A DNA stretch of 64,000 nucleotides from a virus (taxonomy: Duplodnaviria; Caudoviricetes). This document shows positions 57,532-64,000 of the stretch, piece by piece. The translations under genes were made by a program, and so were the position numbers. Location of the stretch: positions 5,957 through 69,956 of IMG/VR virus record IMGVR_UViG_3300028914_000075; one strand, 5' to 3'. Numbering within the stretch: position 1 is the first letter of the stretch; every line of letters starts with the position of its first letter. The notes below the pieces were generated by a model that saw only the letters and a list, made by a program, of their open reading frames with translations, ran no database searches and was not told the origin of the DNA.

Positions 57532-57628
57532 TGTGGACATGGACAAGTCCGTAGCCGAAGTCGAAGATTTCCTGCGGGCTAGGGAAGACATGTTGGAAAA
57601 GGAAAAGAAAAAGACTACTAAGCGGTAG
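57527..57628 (+). CDS. +1-frame extension completing a gp51-like domain
   Basis: FDVDMDKSVAEVEDFLRAREDMLEKEKKKTTKR, open in the +1 frame across the gp26 CTT-TGA stop. Confidence 0.5.
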   Translation, partial: FDVDMDKSVAEVEDFLRAREDMLEKEKKKTTKR

Positions 57629-57637
57629 GATGTGCAT

Positions 57638-59389
57638 ATGGCAACTTTGCAGGAATTGATGGCAGGATTGAAGAATCAGCGGGATAGGGCTTCCGAGAAC
57701 TCTCCCGTGGCTACGACATTGGGAAAAGCCGTGTCGGGCATGAATCTTGTAGCTTCCGCTGTATCAAAGTTGCATGGGGCTATAGAGGACCAGGTGGCGG
57801 CCAATCTTGCTGTACGCAAGACAGGTGAATCCAAGGACGTACAGCAGATTATCCGAAACCTGTTGCAGGCTAAGGTGGCAGAGAATACCATCGAACGTGA
57901 GCGAAACAAGCGCATGATGGATATGGCTGAACGTGTAGTTCCTCAAGTTACAGAGGAACAGCTAGAAACCTTGAAGTTGCAGCAGGAAGCCTACAGGGCG
58001 CACAAGAAGGAGATGGCGGAAGCCGAATTTGCCGTGACGGACAAGTACCGTACGCTTGAATCAGCCGTAGGAGGACTTGAATCCAAGGCGCAGGACCCGT
58101 TTTCTAAATATATTATGAGTGGCCTTGGTAGATTCATTAAGGATAGGCAAGGCTCACGCATTGAAGATACCAAAGAGAGGTTTGCTATTTCCGCAGGAAA
58201 GGCGGGAATATCCGACCCCGGTTCCGCATCTAAGTTGTTTGCAGATAGGGAGCAGCAGGTAAAGGCCCTTGCAACTCTCGGGTCGAGCATTGAGAAATCA
58301 TTTCTGTCCGGCAAGGCTACAGTATCCGTCCCTAATATTGAAGGGGCGTTAAACGGCATTGCGGGCGCTATCAACAAGTCTAGGGAATCACAGGCAGAAG
58401 TGCCAATACTTACCCGTGCAGAAATATCCGAGAAGGCCATAGCCGATACTGCTTCGGAAGCTACCGTCAAGGAAGTCCTAAAGGGAACGCCACCCGTAGC
58501 CACAGGACCGCAAGATAAAACTGTACAGGCGGAAATTCCCGCTATTACCCCGAATGCACCTCCGGCCAATGCAAGGTTCGAAAAGGCACCCGTACAGGGT
58601 ACAAGACCCATGACTCCTGCTGTATCTCGTCCTCCACAGGCTACTGTAACATCACCTGCCGTTGGTGTACTTGGCAGCAAGGCCGGAGCGGTAAACTTAG
58701 CGGGTATAGGTAGTGCATTAGGGGGCATAACTACGCAACTCGGTTCATTGGCAGGTTCCGCTGTCAAGTTTCTTGGTCCGTGGGGATTGATAGCTAGCGC
58801 TTTCATGTCCTTTGATAGGATGATACCTATTCTAAGTACGGGGGCTGGTGCGCTGATGGACATGGCCAAGATACTCATACCGCTTACAGTAACACAGCTT
58901 ATAGAGGGTTTTGCGAACGTCGTAGCGGGACTTAACGGAATTATTAACATGCTGCCGGGTACGAAGAACCTGGACAAGATGTATGCAGGGATGGCCAAGA
59001 CTAAGGACCCTCGGCTGATTGAGGCGGAAAACAAGTATAAGGCACAGCAGGCTAAGGAAAATGCCATTACCGAAAAATCCAAAAACGGCAACAAGGCGCT
59101 AGTCGTGGATACTACGTCTGTTAGAGCGAATGTAGATAGGACAAATCTACGTCAACTTAGACGGACGGAGCGCATGCGGCTTACCAATCCATCGGAAGCA
59201 TCCGCTATTGAGGACATGTCCCGTACAAGTGCATCTGCTAGAACAGGGGATACTGCTATGGTTGAAAATTGGAAGGAGCAGGTTGCACAAAACCAAATTA
59301 TGCGTGAAACCGTTATGGAAGCTGCAAGAAATCCAGGTACCACCCCTATAGTAGTGCAGAACCCGTATGCTGTTCCATGGTTCGCATAG
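57638..59389 (+). CDS. tape measure protein
   Basis: 583 aa, Ala/Gly-rich and helical with a hydrophobic segment; length close to T4 gp29; canonical position. Confidence 0.75.
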   Translation: MATLQELMAGLKNQRDRASENSPVATTLGKAVSGMNLVASAVSKLHGAIEDQVAANLAVRKTGESKDVQQIIRNLLQAKVAENTIERERNKRMMDMAERVVPQVTEEQLETLKLQQEAYRAHKKEMAEAEFAVTDKYRTLESAVGGLESKAQDPFSKYIMSGLGRFIKDRQGSRIEDTKERFAISAGKAGISDPGSASKLFADREQQVKALATLGSSIEKSFLSGKATVSVPNIEGALNGIAGAINKSRESQAEVPILTRAEISEKAIADTASEATVKEVLKGTPPVATGPQDKTVQAEIPAITPNAPPANARFEKAPVQGTRPMTPAVSRPPQATVTSPAVGVLGSKAGAVNLAGIGSALGGITTQLGSLAGSAVKFLGPWGLIASAFMSFDRMIPILSTGAGALMDMAKILIPLTVTQLIEGFANVVAGLNGIINMLPGTKNLDKMYAGMAKTKDPRLIEAENKYKAQQAKENAITEKSKNGNKALVVDTTSVRANVDRTNLRQLRRTERMRLTNPSEASAIEDMSRTSASARTGDTAMVENWKEQVAQNQIMRETVMEAARNPGTTPIVVQNPYAVPWFA

Positions 59390-59404
59390 ATGGAGATGTG
59401 ATAT

Positions 59405-60334
59405 ATGGCAGACAAAGATATAGAATCCCTTGAATTTCGTAGGCATGCTCGCCGTAATTGTTATAGATATGGACCACTGTTCATATATTCTGACCGTATG
59501 ATTATTCTTGACGAGCATAATTTCCCGTCATATGATAAAAAGGACAGTACAGGGGCTGTGGAAAAGTTTCTTTCTCTTGTACAAAGCCTTGGTTCTATTG
59601 CCAGCGGGAATGATGCCCAGCAGAAGTTGGCCAAGCCGTTGCCGGGTGTTGCATGGGGTAGCGACTCGCTATCTTACACAATAGGTTTGCAAGGTACTAT
59701 GTATTTCATGGATTACCGTGATTATATACAGAACAAGAAAAATATACGTAGGGAGTTCTTGTCGCAAGGATGGAAGCAGCTTCGGGACAAGTCGGATAAA
59801 CTCGGAATATCTGTCATGTCGTATATACCGAATAACAGCGGTGAGAGAGCTTTATTTAATGACGACCCGGTAGATGCGGCAGGTACTGCAATGATGGTAT
59901 CTGCTATGCAGAACGCTACATTGCAGGTAAAGAGGCTTAGTGCCAACTTGCGTAACGAAGTCGGTGACTATGCCTTGACTTCCAGGGATATCGAGACACG
60001 GCAAGCTATAGCGGCTATTAGGCATGACGGTCTGGTTTCATCGTTGGGTTCTTTCGGTGTAGACTTGGCGAACAGCATCGACGCCTTCGGGGCAAACATG
60101 AACTCGGGTCTTGTAACTAAATGGGCTACAGCGGGACATCCTGTGGAACTTCTTGTAGAGGGGGAATCCGTAGCTAGGAGCGTGAACGGCGTTCTTGTAA
60201 CTGCGAGACTTACTGAAAAATCTTATGTGGTTGACGGTAGCTCCGGCGACCAGATATATCCTACAGCCATGGATGTATCCATAGATGTCAAGAATATGTA
60301 CGGTGCGCTGTTAAACACTTCATCGGGAGGCTGA
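59405..60334 (+). CDS. baseplate-tube junction protein (gp48-like)
   Basis: Follows the tape measure gene; C-terminal YPTAMDVSIDV pattern. Confidence 0.5.
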   Translation: MADKDIESLEFRRHARRNCYRYGPLFIYSDRMIILDEHNFPSYDKKDSTGAVEKFLSLVQSLGSIASGNDAQQKLAKPLPGVAWGSDSLSYTIGLQGTMYFMDYRDYIQNKKNIRREFLSQGWKQLRDKSDKLGISVMSYIPNNSGERALFNDDPVDAAGTAMMVSAMQNATLQVKRLSANLRNEVGDYALTSRDIETRQAIAAIRHDGLVSSLGSFGVDLANSIDAFGANMNSGLVTKWATAGHPVELLVEGESVARSVNGVLVTARLTEKSYVVDGSSGDQIYPTAMDVSIDVKNMYGALLNTSSGG

Positions 60335-60339
60335 TTTCC

Positions 60340-60606
60340 ATGGTAGAATTGAAAAGTATTGAAAGATTCTTGTCCAACAACAGCAGCATGGACCCGCAGA
60401 CAGTTATGGGTTCTATACAGGTTGCTACCCTGCGAAACAAATACCGTCCCGATAGGATGGGTTCTAGGGACGCCTACATGAAATGGGACTTGATTTACAG
60501 CGGAATAGATACCCCGCATAGGCTTGCTCCCGGAGGAGTGCTGGGGGTAGTCGATAGGCGGTGGCTTGCTACAGAAATTAATGGGTTGAAGGATTTCAAG
60601 ATTTAG
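60340..60606 (+). CDS. baseplate wedge protein (gp53/LysM-like)
   Basis: YRPDRM...WDLI...I..P.RL.PG.VL motif. Confidence 0.6.
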   Translation: MVELKSIERFLSNNSSMDPQTVMGSIQVATLRNKYRPDRMGSRDAYMKWDLIYSGIDTPHRLAPGGVLGVVDRRWLATEINGLKDFKI

Positions 60607-60620
60607 GGATTACTAGGAAT

Positions 60621-61424
60621 ATGTTGGAATGCAGTCTTGGTAAAATTGACGGAGTGGTTCGCCACAAGGCCTTGTCCGCGTATACGTTCGTGGAATTTAC
60701 TGTACCCGTGGAAACATATTCGGACGCTCCCGTATTTTCAATGACGATAGATAATGTCACTGACGATTACGAAGTATTGGCTAGTGAAGTATATATGCGC
60801 CCAGGAGATAAGACTGTTGTAAAGATAACGGCTATACGTTCTGGGCAACGAAGTTGGTTTGATACATACCCTGTATCTGTGGATTCCGCTGAAGCGGCTA
60901 CTATTCTGAACAGCTTGGGAATAAGCAACGGTCCGCAGGTCCCTGTGACACTTCTGAACCTGTTCTTGACCCGAGGGCAGTTGGCCATAGTGCTTGCTAA
61001 CATGTCTCCGAAGACGGCTTTCGTGGATTTCTCCGAGAATAAGGTGCTATATTATTCTGACATGTACAAACAGAAACCTACGCAGGTGCAGGTGGCGTTC
61101 CGTAGGATATACAGCCATGCCCCTATAGCAGGGTACGTTGGATGGGAACAGCTTGTCACGGGAGTATTCCCGAAGGATACACAGGTCGTGCTGCCTTTCG
61201 GGCAATTCGGCAACGTTGACCAGGTTACGATGGAAAACTTGATGAACAACTGTAACGACATATCCAAGCTGTTTTCGGACATGCAGATAGTTACGTTGCC
61301 ATATGAGCTTCCCTTGGGTTCTACGGTATTGAGCGCCCTTACGCATGACAAGAAGGTAATTGTGGCCATCGAGGAACAGTGGGATGCACAGGATAACGTG
61401 CTCGCGGCGTGCTACTGTGTTTAA
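60621..61424 (+). CDS. baseplate hub protein (gp27-like)
   Basis: Position after the gp53-like gene; beta-rich. Confidence 0.45.
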   Translation: MLECSLGKIDGVVRHKALSAYTFVEFTVPVETYSDAPVFSMTIDNVTDDYEVLASEVYMRPGDKTVVKITAIRSGQRSWFDTYPVSVDSAEAATILNSLGISNGPQVPVTLLNLFLTRGQLAIVLANMSPKTAFVDFSENKVLYYSDMYKQKPTQVQVAFRRIYSHAPIAGYVGWEQLVTGVFPKDTQVVLPFGQFGNVDQVTMENLMNNCNDISKLFSDMQIVTLPYELPLGSTVLSALTHDKKVIVAIEEQWDAQDNVLAACYCV

Positions 61425-61457
61425 GTCCGGAAAAATTTGAATTTTCTATAATAGCTA

Positions 61458-61486
61458 TTGACAGTCCGTGGATAATTAGTTATATT
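61458..61486 (+). promoter_or_regulatory. phage promoter
   Basis: TTGACAgtccgtggataattagtTATATT (17-nt spacer). Confidence 0.8.
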
Positions 61487-61510
61487 GTAGATGTGTATAG
61501 GGAGTAATTT

Positions 61511-61888
61511 ATGTCTTTAAAAATCAAGATTCGCCAAAATGCGCATATTCAAGAATCGGATATATTCGAGATGGCTTGTTTGCGCAAGAAGAGAACGGGA
61601 TTGCCCGTTAATATCTATGTAGATGACAGTGGGGCTTGGAAGCAGTCCGGCCATGCGAACCGTATCAAGATTCAGTGTGACAGAGGCGACCATCCTATAA
61701 CTAGGGATATGGTACCAATGTCTATTGGTGACGAACCCGAAATATTGGTGGATAACCCGAAAATGGAATTGTCTCAATCGGACATCAATGCCGTGAAGAA
61801 GTTTGTAGTGGCTAACCAAGATTTATTGAATAGACTTGGTGATGATATAGATATTGATGACTTCATAAAGGCGATGGTGCTGGAATAA
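61511..61888 (+). CDS. conserved phage protein (EMA.LR..TGLP.NIYVD...H..RIKIQ) with LKIK leader
   Basis: Leader MSLKIKIRQNAHIQES precedes a widespread phage domain. Confidence 0.7.
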   Translation: MSLKIKIRQNAHIQESDIFEMACLRKKRTGLPVNIYVDDSGAWKQSGHANRIKIQCDRGDHPITRDMVPMSIGDEPEILVDNPKMELSQSDINAVKKFVVANQDLLNRLGDDIDIDDFIKAMVLE

Positions 61889-62001
61889 TGCCTAGCGACT
61901 ATATAACTATTGGAAGCACTTCCCTAAGTTGTTGTTTCTCTGTCGATTAGTTAATCCTTGACGGGGGGTGCTTCCATTTTTTTCAATACAGGAATTACCA
62001 A

Positions 62002-62394
62002 ATGTCTAAGAAAACCGTTTCTAAAGTGACTCCAAAGTCAGCCGACATAAAATATGCCACAGACATTGCCAACAAGGCAAAGAAATATGCACCTATGTTT
62101 AAGGATGCGTTCCCGACCGAATCTTCCTTGCGTATATCCTTGGACAACGCCATGAGGTTCCTAGCCACGTCTTATGTTGCGTTGAACGGAAACGTGACCG
62201 CAGACTACTTCTGTCTGCATGGGCCACTTGCCAATTATCCCGACCAACTGTTTTCCTTGATGGTCCTGTTTATTGACTGTGGTGTGTTCGTCCCGACTGA
62301 CGAAAACCACTTGACTTTCTCGATGGAATGCGCTAATACCTGGAAATATGTAGGTTTCCATGTGGACGGACTTGAAGAGGGAGCCGTTAATTGA
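62002..62394 (+). CDS. hypothetical protein
   Basis: 130 aa; AGGA RBS. Confidence 0.6.
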   Translation: MSKKTVSKVTPKSADIKYATDIANKAKKYAPMFKDAFPTESSLRISLDNAMRFLATSYVALNGNVTADYFCLHGPLANYPDQLFSLMVLFIDCGVFVPTDENHLTFSMECANTWKYVGFHVDGLEEGAVN

Positions 62395-62570
62395 GCAGAA
62401 ACAAGAGATATCCGATTAGCCCGCACGGGGATGCCGACACAGTGATAGTCCCTAAATGGGAATATGACTCCCTGCGTGAAATTGCGAAACTCCACGAAGA
62501 CTTGTTGGAACGGGTGCGTGTTAAACTGCCAACGGTTTTCAAGGATTTCAAGGAAGCCCACGGGAAATAA
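62391..62570 (+). CDS. 59-aa hypothetical protein (missed by ORF track)
   Basis: TTG start overlapping the previous stop, GAGGGAG RBS; MSRNKRYPISPHGDADTVIVPKWEYDSLRE... Confidence 0.5.
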   Translation: MSRNKRYPISPHGDADTVIVPKWEYDSLREIAKLHEDLLERVRVKLPTVFKDFKEAHGK

Positions 62571-62599
62571 CAAAAAATTAAAAATCTTTAGAATACCTC

Positions 62600-62628
62600 T
62601 TGACAACCAATAGGTATTTTGTTATATT
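62600..62628 (+). promoter_or_regulatory. phage promoter
   Basis: TTGACAaccaataggtattttgtTATATT (17-nt spacer). Confidence 0.8.
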
Positions 62629-62670
62629 TAAGACGTAAAGACAACCAACCACCCTAAACCGAGGATAGCC

Positions 62671-63237
62671 TTGATGCAGATTCAGTATATTACAGAACCT
62701 TTGGAACAGTATATTTCCCGAACAAAGACGAGCGGGATGAAATATACTCGCACGTCTTATCATTGTCCGTTATGTAAAGCACCGATTCCTAAAAGGGATT
62801 TTGAAGAACACGTTTTTAAGGAACATCCCAATCGTTCGGAAGAAGCCTTTGCGTTGCTGTATGGCTTGCCATACCCTGTGAGGTGTTCTTGTGGTAAAGA
62901 ACTTCATTACAGTGAGCATCATCGGGGATTTCCGAAAATGTGCGGCAGTTGTTCTACGGGTTGTATCAGTGAAGTTAATTACAAGAATGCTGAAGATGCA
63001 CACAAACACGCAGAACAGTTGAAACAGTTGATTGCCCACGCCAAGGCAGAAGAAATCCGTTTAAAGCGCGAAGCCGAATTGTCTCGCATTCCTTTGAAAG
63101 AGTTGACGTTCCCGTCTAGGAAATATGTGGCTTTTTTGAAGAGGTTGTCTATGGATATTAGGTGTTTTGCCATTAATGGTGAAAAAGATAAGTTACTAGG
63201 TATTGCCAATTTTATTGACAATAAAGTTGCGGATTAG
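62671..63237 (+). CDS. zinc-finger protein
   Basis: C2H2-like CPLC...H...H, then CSCG...CGSC. Confidence 0.7.
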   Translation: MMQIQYITEPLEQYISRTKTSGMKYTRTSYHCPLCKAPIPKRDFEEHVFKEHPNRSEEAFALLYGLPYPVRCSCGKELHYSEHHRGFPKMCGSCSTGCISEVNYKNAEDAHKHAEQLKQLIAHAKAEEIRLKREAELSRIPLKELTFPSRKYVAFLKRLSMDIRCFAINGEKDKLLGIANFIDNKVAD

Positions 63238-63240
63238 TTT

Positions 63241-63588
63241 ATGTATCGGGCACACAGATTACCGCACAAGAAAACAGGTCGCTCCGAAGTTGGAATCCGC
63301 TATCTGTATAGGGGCGTGTTCATTGAATGCGGGGGCTATTTTCAGCCCGAACACTGCGTCGTATGGGAAGCCGTTGACGAGGATGGAATCGGGGCGTTTG
63401 CCCATTGCTTTGACCTTTATTCCTGCAAGAAGTTCATTGATGACGACCTTGCAGACCTAGAAAAGAAAGGACACAAGTTTGCCTATGATGACGAAGCGTT
63501 TGCCAAGATGAACCGTCTGTTCAAGCAGTTGGGTGGAACGATTGACAAAGAGGCGGTCGCAAGCTCACGCCCTTTAGGGCGTGGGTAA
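63241..63588 (+). CDS. phage hypothetical protein, C-terminus supplied by the IS left end
   Basis: YRGVFIECGGYFQPEHCVVWEAVD domain; the last 13 codons lie in the IS end. Confidence 0.6.
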   Translation: MYRAHRLPHKKTGRSEVGIRYLYRGVFIECGGYFQPEHCVVWEAVDEDGIGAFAHCFDLYSCKKFIDDDLADLEKKGHKFAYDDEAFAKMNRLFKQLGGTIDKEAVASSRPLGRG

Positions 63589-64000
63589 GACCCGCCGATT
63601 GTGAATGTAAGAAATAAATTACATATTAGACCATCTAAAACTTATTATATTTGAGTTGGATAGTTATAAACTTTATTTGAAGTCAAGAATCTTGTTATGG
63701 AACTGGTAAGAAGTGAAGATACAAAGGCCAAGATACGGGCGAGCATGTCCGCAACGAAGGCCAGACGGCAGACACAAGTCTGCCGTGTATTCGAGCTTAA
63801 AGTTTCTATACGGCACAACCCGAAATCGGTGTTTGAAAGGTTATCCAACTGCTTCAAGGAAGCGAAGTGGGTAATCAACGACATGCTGTCCTTGTCCAAT
63901 GGCAATCCTGACAGCAGTATGTTCGACTATAAGTACACCGAACATCGTGATGTGGTCCACTACGACAAGGACAAGAATCCGGTCACTTCAACAATCACGT
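63547..64000 (+). mobile_element. second IS200/IS605-family element (left part, runs off window)
   Basis: TTGAC (63542-63546) followed by left-end hairpin CACGCCC-TTTA-GGGCGTG, with 24 nt identical to the right end of element 1. Confidence 0.75.
63697..64000 (+). CDS. tnpB: TnpB-family nuclease, N-terminal fragment (truncated by window end)
   Basis: KIRASMSATKARRQTQVCRVFELK...CFKEAKWVIN is a typical TnpB-subfamily N-terminus; frame open to the window end. Confidence 0.7.
   Translation, partial: MELVRSEDTKAKIRASMSATKARRQTQVCRVFELKVSIRHNPKSVFERLSNCFKEAKWVINDMLSLSNGNPDSSMFDYKYTEHRDVVHYDKDKNPVTSTIT

Noticed and set aside
63645-63905. Minus-strand 86-aa ORF in the track
   Set aside because: Antisense to the tnpB N-terminus, which the track missed because it runs off the window.
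1-64000. Alternative genetic code (TAG or TGA recoding, as in some large gut phages)
   Set aside because: Long structural ORFs are uninterrupted in code 11, and many genes end cleanly in TAG or TGA followed by a new RBS and start.

Overview
A 64 kb segment of a large lytic T4-like (contractile-tailed) bacteriophage genome in standard genetic code, almost entirely on the + strand. The host cannot be determined from the sequence. It carries most of the virion morphogenesis genes: tail-fibre-like proteins, probable portal, baseplate wedge and hub, neck, spike, tail terminator, gp21-type prohead protease, major capsid protein, sheath, tube and tape measure. Accessory genes are interspersed: 3'-5' exonuclease, RuvC-like resolvase, a truncated terminase-ATPase paralogue, a Tad1 immune-signal sponge fused to a histone-H1-like tail, a Stealth phosphotransferase, a two-domain glycosyltransferase, and two tnpB-only IS200/IS605 elements. 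Two things stand out. (1) A ~16 kb array of acidic orphan proteins (35.2-53.3 kb) surrounds the protease and capsid genes. They share two basic N-terminal leader types ending in Glu-Ser, and several are strings of unrelated small domains joined by an E-S-K-K-x-E linker. The same linker follows the catalytic domain of the prohead protease. This suggests capsid-targeted, protease-processed polyprotein cargo injected into the host. (2) A ~680 nt ORF-free, promoter-driven, extensively base-paired region (33.88-34.56 kb) looks like a large ornate non-coding RNA. Also noted: a probable +1 frameshift (CTT-TGA) that completes a gp26-gp51 fusion, and a recurrent TAGRTA-N4-GTTATATT promoter/operator motif. 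No CRISPR array or tRNA was seen. All family assignments come from motif recognition by eye; no database search was run.
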